A stretch of DNA of 41,778 nt from Candidatus Nanohalobium sp. (GCA_042217555.1 JBDGSL010000035.1:1-41778); one strand, 5' to 3'. Counted from the first letter of the stretch, positions 1 to 10,100 are shown. Notes: a model not told the origin generated them from the sequence alone. Program-made: numbers and translations.

Positions 1-1
1 C

Positions 2-127
2 GCCGACAGCGATATTTTCTGGGACCAGGTGAAGTCGGTAGAGAAGGTCTCAGAGGAGGAAACAGTGTACGATATCTCCGTGCCGGGAGATGAGAACTTT
101 ATCACATCCAACATTCTCGCACATAAT
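2..127 (+). mobile_element. Intein C-terminal splicing region (blocks F/G) in the pilus ATPase
   Basis: SDIFWDQVKSVEKV...VYDISVPGDENFITSNILAHN followed by the extein Thr (TLELP). Confidence 0.9.
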
Positions 128-910
128 ACACTTGAGCTTCCTGTTCCTCAGATGCAGGATCTGGGGTACAACATTGAGAGGATGAAGTCACGGTCTGTTA
201 TCACGCAGGTTGAGAACGAGATGGGTGCGGACGAGGCTATCAGGACTTCTCTCAGACTGGGAGACTCAGCCCTTGTCATCGGTGAGGTACGTTCTGAGGA
301 GGCTCAGGCCCTGTACGAGGCTATGCGTGTCGGTGCTGTTGCTAACTTTGTCGGAGGAACAATCCACGGAGAAGACGCTTACTCCGTGTTTGACCGTGTT
401 GTCAACGACCTGAACGTTCCGAGAACGTCCTTCAAAGCTACGGACATCGTGGTGCAGGTTAACAAGATCCAGAGCCCGGGCGGTATGGAAACGTACAGAA
501 GGGTTACAGGTATTACAGAGGTGCGGAAGGACTGGGAGGAAGACCCTATGGAGGAAAACGCTTTTGTCGACCTGATGAGGTACGACAGCAACAAGGACAG
601 GCTTGTTCCTACCGACACACTGGTTAACGGCGAGTCTCTTATCCTGAACAGGATCGCTGAGAATATCAAGGAGTGGAAGAATAACTGGGAGGCAGTCTGG
701 AACAATATACAGCTACGTAAAGATGTTAAGAAGGCTATCGTTGAGAAGTACGAGGAGACAGGTAACGATGAGCTTCTGGAGGCAGAGTTCACGGTTAAGG
801 CCAACCAGCAGTTCCACATAATAGCTGAGAGAGTTAACGAGGAGTACGGCGAGCAGGACAGGGAACGCATCTTTGCCAGGTGGAAAGAATGGCTGGAGCA
901 GCAGGTGTAA
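2..910 (+). CDS. Type II/IV secretion (pilus assembly, CpaF/FlaI-like) ATPase, 5'-partial, containing the C-terminal end of an intein
   Basis: Motifs TLELP, SLRLGDSALVIGEVR (Walker B region), GTIHG and RRVTGITEV. The frame is open from base 2 and lies directly upstream of a TadC-like gene. Confidence 0.9.
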   Translation, partial: ADSDIFWDQVKSVEKVSEEETVYDISVPGDENFITSNILAHNTLELPVPQMQDLGYNIERMKSRSVITQVENEMGADEAIRTSLRLGDSALVIGEVRSEEAQALYEAMRVGAVANFVGGTIHGEDAYSVFDRVVNDLNVPRTSFKATDIVVQVNKIQSPGGMETYRRVTGITEVRKDWEEDPMEENAFVDLMRYDSNKDRLVPTDTLVNGESLILNRIAENIKEWKNNWEAVWNNIQLRKDVKKAIVEKYEETGNDELLEAEFTVKANQQFHIIAERVNEEYGEQDRERIFARWKEWLEQQV

Positions 911-914
911 CGTG

Positions 915-3059
915 ATGGACGAAGATGAGAGAAAGGAGAAGATAAAAGACATAGTGGACGACATACAGAGAGACGTGAAGCTTCCTCCGTACGACACTGA
1001 TTCAGGAAGCCAGTACTCCAGGACGTACAAAGAGTTCAAGGAAGAGGAGATAGAATCCAGGAAAAAAACAAAGTATGAAAGGCTCTGCAACTTCTTCGGC
1101 TCCATCTTCACCATAAAAGCCGGAGAAGAGACACATGAAAAGCTTACACCTCCAATCCTCCTTCTCGGCTGGAATATAACACCGGGCATGGTGCTGTCCG
1201 CTACCGTAGGCGTGTTCCTGGTCAGCATGTTTCTCTGGGCGTTCCTGTTCGCACTGAACTCCTTAGCCGGAGGCATAATACCGATGTCCCTGATGCTTCT
1301 GACAGTTTCCGTTCCCTTGACCGCCACTGCCTACACATACAAGAAACCGGTCTTTGCAGCTCAGGACAAGGTTATACACAGCAGTGGAGAGATGATACTG
1401 GCCGTGCTCTACATGGTTGTGTACATGCGTAAATCCCCTAACCTGGAGGGTGCGATAAGGTTCGCAGCGTTAAACCTGGAAGGCCCTATCGCCAGCGACC
1501 TGAAAAACATACTCTGGAACCTGGAAGTCGGAGAGTACAACCGTGTGGAAGAAGCACTGGAAGACTACACAAGAAGGTGGAAGGACTACAACGACGACTT
1601 CCTTGAATCACTTAACCTTCTCAGAGCCGCCATGAACCAGACCAACGCGGAACGCAGACAGAAGATGATGGACGACTCCATCGACACAATACTCGAAGGA
1701 ACACAGGAAAAGATGAAACACTACGCACAGTCACTTCAGACACCTGTAATGATAATAAACGCCATGGGCGCCATGCTACCGGTACTCGGCATGATCCTCC
1801 TCCCAATGATCTCAGCATTCCTCGGCGGACTAATAACGCCTATGCACCTTATAATACTGTTCAACCTGATGCTTCCAGGCTTCCTCTACTGGTTTATCCA
1901 GAGAGCGCTCAGCTCACGGCCACCAACAGTCAACACAGAAGCCGTAGACGAAGAAACAATGCCTGAGAGAGGTAAGTACCCTGTCGAACTTATGGGCCGA
2001 GAGTTCCAGATACCTACATGGAGCATCGGCCTCGGCATATTCCTCCTGATAGGAAGCTACGGCATGTGGGGATACCTTCAACTCCCGGCCTTCTACCCTA
2101 TTGAAAACTTCAACCCTGCCGGAGTACCCGGCCTCTTCATCGAAAACGGCAGTCCAGCACCTTTCCCCATGCTGATGAGAAGCGTCTCCCTCGTACTCGG
2201 CGCCGGCCTCGGAATAGGCGTGACAAAAGTACTCGGCACAGTAAAGAGAAAAGAAGCAGAAGACCACCTCGGAAAGATCGAAAGCCAGTTCCCCAGCGCA
2301 CTTTTCGAACTCGGAAACGAAATATCCGGAGGAACACCCATCGAAATAGCACTTCAGGACGCAGCAGAATCAACAGACGACCTGGAAATATCAGAACTGT
2401 TCTACGCAGCCAGCGAAAACATCCGCGACATGGGCATGACATTCAACCAGGCTATCTTCGACGAACAGTACGGCGCACTCAGACAGTTCCCCAGCCAGAT
2501 GATAAAAACAGTCATGAAAGTAGCCGCAGAATCCTCCAGAAAAGGAACCAAAGTCACATCCACCGCCATGACCACCATCTCCGAATACCTCAAAACAGTC
2601 CACCAGACACAGGAAAAACTCAACGACCTCATGGAAGACACCACAACCACCATAAAAATGCTTGCATACATGCTCGGCCCCGTCATCTCCGGCGTCGCAG
2701 TAGGCATGAGCCAAACCATCATCTCCGCACTATTCAAACTCTCAGAATCCTTCCAGCAAACCAAACAATCACTCCCACAAAGCCAGGCCTCAAACTTCAC
2801 AGGCATAGGAATACTCAAAGGCCTAGACCAAGCCATACCACCAGAACTACTTCAGTTCGTCGTAGGCATCTACCTCATAGAACTCCTCCACCTCCTAGGC
2901 ATCTTCTACATGAAAATCACAGAAGGAGACAACCCCACCTTCAAAAACCTCTTCACAGGAAAGATACTTATTTCAGGCATGATATTCTACACCATGACCC
3001 TCATGATAATCAGCCTCCTATTCGGAGGAATCATGAGCAACATAGGAGGAGCAGTATGA
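915..3059 (+). CDS. TadB/TadC (FlaJ-like, T2SSF) pilus membrane platform protein
   Basis: Multiple TM segments and two T2SSF-like repeats (NLEGAIRFAA; FPSALFELGNEISGGTPIEIAL). The ATG at 915 follows the ATPase stop. Confidence 0.85.
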   Translation: MDEDERKEKIKDIVDDIQRDVKLPPYDTDSGSQYSRTYKEFKEEEIESRKKTKYERLCNFFGSIFTIKAGEETHEKLTPPILLLGWNITPGMVLSATVGVFLVSMFLWAFLFALNSLAGGIIPMSLMLLTVSVPLTATAYTYKKPVFAAQDKVIHSSGEMILAVLYMVVYMRKSPNLEGAIRFAALNLEGPIASDLKNILWNLEVGEYNRVEEALEDYTRRWKDYNDDFLESLNLLRAAMNQTNAERRQKMMDDSIDTILEGTQEKMKHYAQSLQTPVMIINAMGAMLPVLGMILLPMISAFLGGLITPMHLIILFNLMLPGFLYWFIQRALSSRPPTVNTEAVDEETMPERGKYPVELMGREFQIPTWSIGLGIFLLIGSYGMWGYLQLPAFYPIENFNPAGVPGLFIENGSPAPFPMLMRSVSLVLGAGLGIGVTKVLGTVKRKEAEDHLGKIESQFPSALFELGNEISGGTPIEIALQDAAESTDDLEISELFYAASENIRDMGMTFNQAIFDEQYGALRQFPSQMIKTVMKVAAESSRKGTKVTSTAMTTISEYLKTVHQTQEKLNDLMEDTTTTIKMLAYMLGPVISGVAVGMSQTIISALFKLSESFQQTKQSLPQSQASNFTGIGILKGLDQAIPPELLQFVVGIYLIELLHLLGIFYMKITEGDNPTFKNLFTGKILISGMIFYTMTLMIISLLFGGIMSNIGGAV

Positions 3060-3199
3060 AAAGAAAAGGCATGGAACCACACTACATCATAGTATCCATC
3101 GCCATAACAGCCATACTAGCAGCGGCAGTCGCCCAAGTCATGAACGCCGGTATAGAAAAAGCACTAACACAGATTGCACAAGCACTGACAGCAAAATGA
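3056..3199 (+). CDS. Small type IV pilin-like protein (47 aa; not in ORF track)
   Basis: MKRKG|MEPHYIIVSIAITAILAAAVAQV: class III signal peptide. ATGA overlaps with both neighbouring genes. Confidence 0.75.
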   Translation: MKRKGMEPHYIIVSIAITAILAAAVAQVMNAGIEKALTQIAQALTAK

Positions 3200-3393
3200 A
3201 AAAAAGAAAAGGAGACATAGGACCGATAAGCACCACGCAAGCAATAGTACTATCCCTAATAATAGCCACAGTGCTTGCAAGCTTCATAATACCACTTATA
3301 CTAGGCGCCGTAGACGCAGCAGGATGCAGCGGAAATCTACAAGGCATCATGAGCATGCTGGCAGACGCAACCCAGAGTGAAGTACCATGCTGA
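3196..3393 (+). CDS. Small type IV pilin-like protein
   Basis: MKKRKG|DIG followed by a hydrophobic helix; two Cys; translationally coupled. Confidence 0.75.
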   Translation: MKKRKGDIGPISTTQAIVLSLIIATVLASFIIPLILGAVDAAGCSGNLQGIMSMLADATQSEVPC

Positions 3394-5009
3394 AAAGAAA
3401 AGGACTGGGCTTCCGCGCACTCGTAACCATGGCAGTAACCATGATCACAGTCACAGTTCTAGCCGCAACATGGACCACAGGACTGGTAAACGACACACTT
3501 ACACAGGGACAAAACAAAATAGAAAACCAGCAAAACACCCTCTCCGGACAGATACAGATAAAAAACAAGGAAACACTCGCAGACGCAGCACGATACGTAT
3601 GGGACCGCGCCACAGAATGCAGCAAAGTAAAAAAACAGAACAAAAAGGGAGGATACCCTGGCCTCAAAGACACCTACCTAGGGAAAAAACCCAAATGCTC
3701 AGGCATGTCAGTACTCAACCCAACAGACCCTGTCAAAGCCATAACAGGATCAGGCAACGACATGGAAGGAAAATTCAGCAAAATCAAATTCCAGATAAAA
3801 AAACCCATAAAACTCAACTCAACCACCCAATACGGCAACCCCGACCCACAAGGAAACAAATTCACCTACATCACCACCGCCCAAAAACACGAATACTACC
3901 AAATCACAACAGCACAATGCAACAGCGTAAAGGAAGATGGAAAGTTCTTCCCTCCCTTCCCAACTCGGCAGCAGAGTTCACAAAAACCATACGCATACAT
4001 TATAACATCTAGCACAGATGGAAGCAAGAGAGTTACCGCTACCAAAAGCTCATGGACCTGGGAACAGTTCAAACAGAAGTACTCTCAGGGACAACTACAA
4101 CAAACACCTCAGGGAATATACTGTAACAAAAATGCAGAGGGAAGGCCCTTAGTAGGCACAATTAAAGGACCTATTAATGAACTGTTTAAGAGAAATTCGA
4201 TGGAAGGTTCTGTAACTCTCCAGCTATGCCCAGGGGACAAGGGCTTTATACAGGTCAACAAGAAGAAGCCACAGAACGATGGTGAAGTTTCGGATTCTAT
4301 CGGAGGTACAACGTATGAGAAAAGATTCGGTTTCATACAGTTGACAAGTCTTGGTGAGAGCTGTAGCGGAGGAAGCGCCAAGCCTGCACCACCAGATATA
4401 CCTCCAAGTGCTACGACATCAGGAAGTATCTTGCGGGTAGAAGTAAACGTGGATAACTATCCTAAAACAGGTGAACGTTTCCGGTTATACGATGAGAGAA
4501 CACATATAGGAACAGGAAGTCGTGCTCCAGTGCTTACACCCCCCAATGACAAGAACTTGTGTAAACTGAGCCTTCGTGAAGTGGACTCTTTTGCTACTAT
4601 AGGCACTTACCATGACGATGGTAGAGTACTGTTCAATCAAGGAGCAAAAATCGAAAGGAATGGAGTATTCCCGGATAAAGACAGCAACAGTATAGTCAGA
4701 ACCAACTGGCAGATAGACTACAGAGACGGTGAAAACAAAAGAGGCGAACTCCTGGCAGAAGACTTATACGACGAACTGATGAGCACAGGCTTCACAAACG
4801 ACAGAATAGCCAGAGAATTCAAACTACTGGAAGACAGCAAGGAAGAAGGTAAAGATCTGTTCAACCTCTATGGCGACATGATATGTGGAACGTCAAATGG
4901 AGCGGCAAGAGCTAAGTGGCACGTCTGCAGCGATGATCGAGAAGGCATGGAAGTATCAGTAAACAGTCAGACCTGGATATGCCAGGACAACAACTGGAAA
5001 AAGAGATAA
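3387..5009 (+). CDS. Large pilin-like/adhesin protein with class III signal peptide
   Basis: MLKRKG|LGFRALVTMAVTMITVTVLAA; Cys-containing, Lys-rich extracellular-looking body. Confidence 0.75.
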   Translation: MLKRKGLGFRALVTMAVTMITVTVLAATWTTGLVNDTLTQGQNKIENQQNTLSGQIQIKNKETLADAARYVWDRATECSKVKKQNKKGGYPGLKDTYLGKKPKCSGMSVLNPTDPVKAITGSGNDMEGKFSKIKFQIKKPIKLNSTTQYGNPDPQGNKFTYITTAQKHEYYQITTAQCNSVKEDGKFFPPFPTRQQSSQKPYAYIITSSTDGSKRVTATKSSWTWEQFKQKYSQGQLQQTPQGIYCNKNAEGRPLVGTIKGPINELFKRNSMEGSVTLQLCPGDKGFIQVNKKKPQNDGEVSDSIGGTTYEKRFGFIQLTSLGESCSGGSAKPAPPDIPPSATTSGSILRVEVNVDNYPKTGERFRLYDERTHIGTGSRAPVLTPPNDKNLCKLSLREVDSFATIGTYHDDGRVLFNQGAKIERNGVFPDKDSNSIVRTNWQIDYRDGENKRGELLAEDLYDELMSTGFTNDRIAREFKLLEDSKEEGKDLFNLYGDMICGTSNGAARAKWHVCSDDREGMEVSVNSQTWICQDNNWKKR

Positions 5010-5019
5010 AGAAAGTAGT

Positions 5020-6030
5020 CTAATAGCCTTGTGCCCGTAGCACACCCTCCACTTCCTTAACATCTACTACTTCACCGTCTTTAACGAAATAGAAATTTCT
5101 CAAAGCACTTTTTTCCCTGTAATCCCCAGTAACTGCCTCCTCCTTAGTGAAGGGAGCTTCTAGAAAGGTGCCGAACGTGTCCTGAGGAGTAATCTCTTCC
5201 ATTATTGGACCCATCCTAGGATGTCTATCAACATATGTCCTTACGTCTCTGTTCTTGGCACCCATGATTTTCTCTGCTGCCTCTTCACGCGTGACATTCA
5301 TACTTCCAGCATGCATATGGATAAGACGGTTGTCTTCAACTACTGCAGCCAAGGGTACATTGTTTTCATTCAGGGTAAAGTCACCAGTGTAAAAAGGATT
5401 GCCATCTACTTCTCCCTGTTTCTCGTACCCTTCATCAGAAAGTCTTTCCTCCAGTTGATCTTCGGTGAGCTTGGTGTTAGCCACTCCTAGAGAACCGCTA
5501 CCCGCGGCGTCACGAGATTCCTTTGCCTTAATCAGAGGAACGGCTCCTATCGCAGCATCATCTTTCCATTTTTCTTCAAACGGATCCGATACATCCTCCA
5601 GTATCTTCTCATTATCTCTATAGACTACGTCAAGCGGTATTGCTGGGCCTCTACATGTGTCACAGTCAGGGTAAACCGCATCTTTATTGTATAGTTCTCC
5701 AACGGCAGGGACGTATTCCATGAACTCGTAGTTGTCCATAGGTTCAGGATCAACCGGGTACCCTTCATCTCCCTGTGTCCTATCCGTGTTTTCTGAGGTA
5801 CTGGTCTGAGTTGTTCCCTGTTCTGTAGAACTGACGTCAGTGTTCTCTTTGTTGGAGTTTCCGCCGAGGCATCCTGCAGTTACTCCCACGGTTGTTGCGC
5901 CTAGTGCTTTTAGCATGTCTCTCCTTGTCACGCCTCCTTCTTCTTGTTCTTGTTTTCCGTTCAGTACTCGTTTTGCGAAGCCTTCGCCTGAGCTGTCGTC
6001 GGTTGGCATGTTTCTTTGTTTGGAAACCAC
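5020..6030 (-). CDS. Putative Tat-exported lipoprotein
   Basis: TRRDMLKALGATTVGVTAGC twin-arginine plus lipobox, then a Ser/Thr-rich linker and an acidic domain with CxxC. Confidence 0.75.
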   Translation of the reverse strand: MVSKQRNMPTDDSSGEGFAKRVLNGKQEQEEGGVTRRDMLKALGATTVGVTAGCLGGNSNKENTDVSSTEQGTTQTSTSENTDRTQGDEGYPVDPEPMDNYEFMEYVPAVGELYNKDAVYPDCDTCRGPAIPLDVVYRDNEKILEDVSDPFEEKWKDDAAIGAVPLIKAKESRDAAGSGSLGVANTKLTEDQLEERLSDEGYEKQGEVDGNPFYTGDFTLNENNVPLAAVVEDNRLIHMHAGSMNVTREEAAEKIMGAKNRDVRTYVDRHPRMGPIMEEITPQDTFGTFLEAPFTKEEAVTGDYREKSALRNFYFVKDGEVVDVKEVEGVLRAQGY

Positions 6031-6097
6031 TTTTTATAAATGTTACTGTTTGGTGGCGACAGCAGTGTTTTTATTGTGGGGGTTCTCTTGTCTTATT

Positions 6098-6229
6098 ATG
6101 GATCCTATTGATTTGACAGGTAAGGCGGCTTTGGCGGTTGTAGTTATCCTGATTTTGGGCACTATTGCGGTTTTGGGGAAGGGTATGTTGAATGATTTTG
6201 TGTCTCAGGTGTCTTTTTCGGTGCCTTGA
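6098..6229 (+). CDS. Small single-TM pilin-like protein (43 aa)
   Basis: MDPIDLTGKAALAVVVILILGTIAVLG, the 3' part of track ORF 5840..6229. Confidence 0.55.
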   Translation: MDPIDLTGKAALAVVVILILGTIAVLGKGMLNDFVSQVSFSVP

Positions 6230-6265
6230 AAACTGATTTTAATGAGGGTGTGTAATTGTTTTGGT

Positions 6266-6418
6266 GTGAGCCGGAAAGGTATGACAAAAGCGGTCAGTGT
6301 GGTAGTGATGATAACCGTGTTAGTGATAATGGCTTTGGCCGTGTTGAGTATGGGTGTTGATACGAAGGATTCTTTTAGCGGTTTTCTGATGGATATAATA
6401 GGAGGGTTTGATGTCTGA
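6266..6418 (+). CDS. Small type IV pilin-like protein (50 aa; not in ORF track)
   Basis: GTG start, MSRKG|MTKAVSVVVMITVLVIMALAVL. The TGA overlaps the next ATG. Confidence 0.7.
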   Translation: MSRKGMTKAVSVVVMITVLVIMALAVLSMGVDTKDSFSGFLMDIIGGFDV

Positions 6419-6669
6419 TGGATGTACCTAAAGCAGTTATGTGGATTGCTATAGTTGTTTTCACAGTTTTTATAGGTTTAGCTGTGTTTACAACTGCTTC
6501 AGAAGGTTTCAAGTCTAATACAAGTAGTGGTGGGGAAAAATGGAATAGTATTTTTGACTGTGTTGCGGAGCAGAACTCATTGAATCAGTCGGAGTGCCAG
6601 GTGAAGTTCTGTGTGGAGGATGGAGGCAGTGAGAAAGAGTGCAAGGGTGAGGTCTATGGAGGTAGTTAG
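6418..6669 (+). CDS. Pilin-like membrane-anchored protein, Cys-rich
   Basis: N-terminal TM helix, four Cys, operon context. Confidence 0.65.
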   Translation: MDVPKAVMWIAIVVFTVFIGLAVFTTASEGFKSNTSSGGEKWNSIFDCVAEQNSLNQSECQVKFCVEDGGSEKECKGEVYGGS

Positions 6670-6672
6670 TCC

Positions 6673-7158
6673 GTGAGCAGTCCCTCTGTTCTTCCAAGAG
6701 TAATCGTAAGTTTGATGGGGGTTGGAGCTGCAATTTTTGTTGTTACCAGTGTGGCGGTCGGAACTACTTCGGCTGCTGTGGCTAATGCGGATAGGAAGAA
6801 GTTTAACGACATGATAAGTGAGTTCCGTACGAAGTGCGAGTCTTCACGTACCCGGACAACCAGTGGAAACAGCGGTACTTCTGCTGCAGAGTTCAGTGTA
6901 GGTTTCAAGAACGGCGAGAAGCTTTCTGTGAAGCAAAAGGATATCGGTGGTTTCAGCAAGAGCGTGGTTTCTTTGAGCCGGAGACATGAGAGTTCGTTGA
7001 GTGCCGATGTTAAGGATTGCAAGTTGAGGACAGAGAACGGACCTTTGAATGTTCAGTCTGAGGTGACTCTGAGGGTTTCCTGTGTTGGTTCTCAGTGCGG
7101 ATGTGAGAACACTGATCTGGAGAACTGTCATCCTGTGCTTGAGGTGAGTGTTAAGTGA
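6673..7158 (+). CDS. Minor pilin-like protein
   Basis: N-terminal hydrophobic helix, Cys-rich C-terminus, coupled to neighbours. Confidence 0.6.
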   Translation: MSSPSVLPRVIVSLMGVGAAIFVVTSVAVGTTSAAVANADRKKFNDMISEFRTKCESSRTRTTSGNSGTSAAEFSVGFKNGEKLSVKQKDIGGFSKSVVSLSRRHESSLSADVKDCKLRTENGPLNVQSEVTLRVSCVGSQCGCENTDLENCHPVLEVSVK

Positions 7159-7547
7159 ACGGAAGTGAGGTTATACTTGCGGCGATCTGGATGGTCAACG
7201 CAGTTATGATCCTAGGTGTTATAATACAGGGTCAGGGCTATACTGCCCAGTATCTGAAGGAACAGACTATCGATCTTCAGGCTAACAGGATAAAGAACGC
7301 GGCACTTGCTCTCTCCACTTATCCTCAAGGCTTCATAGAGATCGACTTGAAGGGCTACAGGTTCAGGAACGAGGGCGGAGGTAGAATAAACATCAGTTAC
7401 AAGGAAACGTCTAGGGAACGTGAAATCCCTCAGAGTACAGATTTCAAGGGTTACAAAGGTTTGAAAACTCAGACGTTGATAGAAGACACTCTATGCATTA
7501 ACCATAGCCAGGGAGGTTTCCTCAGGTTCAAGGAGGGGAAGTGTTAG
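7155..7547 (+). CDS. Minor pilin-like protein
   Basis: N-terminal TM helix; GTGA overlap with the upstream gene. Confidence 0.6.
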   Translation: MNGSEVILAAIWMVNAVMILGVIIQGQGYTAQYLKEQTIDLQANRIKNAALALSTYPQGFIEIDLKGYRFRNEGGGRINISYKETSREREIPQSTDFKGYKGLKTQTLIEDTLCINHSQGGFLRFKEGKC

Positions 7548-8098
7548 TGGGATGGGGTGACTGGACCCGGCCTATAGCAGTTACTACCAGCGTCCTTATC
7601 TCGCTTTTTCTTGTATACCAGATAAACACAGCAGGACTTAACAACATCGCTTTCGAGATAAATACCACACAGCAGGAGAATTACAGAAAGGCAGTAGTCC
7701 TGGAGAATCTGCTTTCTTTGGATGCTGATAAGGATGCCTTCAAGGACTCGGACAGTCTTTCCAGTATAAAAAAGATGGATGATCAGAGAGCGGTTATACC
7801 TCTTGAGTACTTTACCAATCCTCTGGACAGCGGCGACAAGTATCCGGATCTGGACTCGGCCGGTGTCGGCTACAGGAAAAAAGATAAGCACTGCTACATT
7901 CCCCAGGTCAACGGTCTGGACGGTGAGAACTTCGGCTACTACCTTCTGGACATACAGAGCTCCGGGCCCCAGTACTTCCCACCGTCCTGTCAAAAACCTC
8001 AAGGTAAAAACGCGTTTTCCAGTCCGGTCCTTCTTTCACAGGCAGCAACCGGTGAAAAACCTATAGCAGCAAGGGTGTACATCTATGAAATCAAGTAA
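7541..8098 (+). CDS. Minor pilin-like protein
   Basis: N-terminal TM helix; overlapping operon arrangement. Confidence 0.6.
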   Translation: MLVGWGDWTRPIAVTTSVLISLFLVYQINTAGLNNIAFEINTTQQENYRKAVVLENLLSLDADKDAFKDSDSLSSIKKMDDQRAVIPLEYFTNPLDSGDKYPDLDSAGVGYRKKDKHCYIPQVNGLDGENFGYYLLDIQSSGPQYFPPSCQKPQGKNAFSSPVLLSQAATGEKPIAARVYIYEIK

Positions 8099-8660
8099 AG
8101 GCCAGAGCCTGATAGCTATCGTGGTACTGACAAGTACTGCGTTCATGTATGCTCTTGTTATTATGATGTTGACCCTGGCTATAGGGAACCCTTTTGAAAC
8201 TCAGACAGATACACAGATAGCTAACAAGCTTGGAGAGGTCCGGAAACAGTCTCTGATCACTAGCACGTTACAGGACAGAATGTGGCGGGCTGACAGCATA
8301 TCAGAAGGAAAATATGACAGCAGGACTGCCTACAAGATAATATCTTACTACTACTCCACTCCAAGCGGTGAGAAAGTACACGTTGATGGAGAAAGTTACT
8401 CCAAGTCAACGGTGCGGAACGATATAAAGAACTACCTGCAGCAGAAGATGTCAAGAACTTGGACAGGAGTACAGGATGTCAAGTACCGTTTGACACTTGT
8501 AGACTACAGTAGTCCCAGAAGTGATAAGATATCTATAGGGGACTACCAGCCAGAGGGTACGGGCTACAAAACCAGCTTCCCTCTCGCACTGGTAGACGGA
8601 GATCAACTAACTCTAACTTTATGGACCTTGAACTCTGAAGGGGTGTACAGCAAGAGATGA
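8085..8660 (+). CDS. Type IV pilin-like protein
   Basis: MKSSKG|QSLIAIVVL class III signal peptide. Confidence 0.7.
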   Translation: MKSSKGQSLIAIVVLTSTAFMYALVIMMLTLAIGNPFETQTDTQIANKLGEVRKQSLITSTLQDRMWRADSISEGKYDSRTAYKIISYYYSTPSGEKVHVDGESYSKSTVRNDIKNYLQQKMSRTWTGVQDVKYRLTLVDYSSPRSDKISIGDYQPEGTGYKTSFPLALVDGDQLTLTLWTLNSEGVYSKR

Positions 8661-9745
8661 AAAAAGGAAACGTCGCAAGCATACTTCCAGCACTGGCAGT
8701 ATTCATATCAGCGTCAGCGCTCTCACTTCAATCCATGGGAGTAACCGAAGCCATGGCATCAGAAGTAGGTGAGTCAGTAGGAGATCTCTCCCTGACAGTA
8801 CACACCAGGGTAACGGCCGACAACTTCTTCTACAACTGGATGCCCTACGGCGGAGCATACTCAGTACACAACACAACATACAACCTGTCCAAAGTAGGCG
8901 GAGGAGCAGACATACACTGGCGGACAAAAAACGGTTACACCCCTCAAGACGCCTACGGAGACGCACTGGAAAACCTGCGTCTCAAATCTAAAAACTACTT
9001 CAATAAAAAATACGTGGAAGCACGTAAAGGACTGCAGTGTGACTCGGAAACAGGTCTAATACAACTACTCCCCAGCTACTCAGAGCCGTTAACTCAGTGG
9101 AACGACCTGGAATTCTGGATTTTAACCACAAGTCCCCTCAATGCAGAATGCGGGGACAGAAGAGAAACAAAGTACCAGGCCCAAGAAGAATACTTCAGAT
9201 CCTACGGCAACGCATCCGACAACAGATATATCTCTCTTGCCAACCGAACATCCAAGTTCTTCACGGACCTGAGCAACTCCTTTTCATCAAACGTTCAGGA
9301 CAAGTACTCCAACACGGAAAAAGCATGCGGATATGCCCCTACTGATGAAGCAGAGGCAGGTGCCTTAAACCAGGTTAATCCAGATGTAAGAGAAGCGTTT
9401 AACACAGTAAACAGTAACTACCCTTTGGATAACAAGTTCAAGAAGATAGAAAGCCAGATAGTTAACTCAGTCTTCACCTTAACGTATGGACACACTACTG
9501 ATCTATTCAAACCCTCCAGGGAATCCATGGACACATGGACGACGGAAAACTGCTGTGACTGCTGCGGTGAAAGCGATAGATGCAGCCCTTCTTACTGGCA
9601 TTACGCCAGGAAGGATATATGGCCAGGCATAACAAAAGTAAACTACACACTCAAAGACCCTAAATACCAGATCCCTACAGAAGAGGGTTGGAGGCATCTT
9701 GAGTTCCAGGTAGAGCCTTACACCCATTACTTCCAGAAGGACTGA
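8657..9745 (+). CDS. Large pilin-like protein
   Basis: MKKG|NVASILPALAVFISA; C-terminal CCDCC cluster. Confidence 0.65.
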   Translation: MKKGNVASILPALAVFISASALSLQSMGVTEAMASEVGESVGDLSLTVHTRVTADNFFYNWMPYGGAYSVHNTTYNLSKVGGGADIHWRTKNGYTPQDAYGDALENLRLKSKNYFNKKYVEARKGLQCDSETGLIQLLPSYSEPLTQWNDLEFWILTTSPLNAECGDRRETKYQAQEEYFRSYGNASDNRYISLANRTSKFFTDLSNSFSSNVQDKYSNTEKACGYAPTDEAEAGALNQVNPDVREAFNTVNSNYPLDNKFKKIESQIVNSVFTLTYGHTTDLFKPSRESMDTWTTENCCDCCGESDRCSPSYWHYARKDIWPGITKVNYTLKDPKYQIPTEEGWRHLEFQVEPYTHYFQKD

Positions 9746-9797
9746 ACATAAGGCCAAGTGTAATTATATAACTTTCAGCGGAAAAATGTTCTAACAG

Positions 9798-10100
9798 GTG
9801 ACTAAACTAGTGGCAGAACAAGTAGAAGAAGACGACAACACAGTATACGTCGGTTCAAAACCTGCGATGAGTTACGTTCTCGCTGTAGTAACACAGTTCA
9901 ACGAAGGGAATGATACAGTACACGTTAAGGCAAGAGGTAAAGCTATTTCACGTGCAGTAGACGTCGCAGAAATCGTCAGAGACAGGTTCATTGAAGATGC
10001 AGAAGTTGAAGATATCAACATCGGCACCGATCAGATTGAGACTGACGAAGGCGACGAGATCAACGTCTCATCAATCCAGATCGACCTCAACGCACCTTAA
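9798..10100 (+). CDS. albA: DNA/RNA-binding protein Alba
   Basis: [15 protein letters not shown] and [16 protein letters not shown] signature. The start may be the GTG at 9810. Confidence 0.95.
   Translation: MTKLVAEQVEEDDNTVYVGSKPAMSYVLAVVTQFNEGNDTVHVKARGKAISRAVDVAEIVRDRFIEDAEVEDINIGTDQIETDEGDEINVSSIQIDLNAP

Noticed and set aside
3377..4012. 211-aa Arg/His/Gln-rich ORF
   Set aside because: Alternative frame of the pilin gene, kept open by the T-poor skewed composition.
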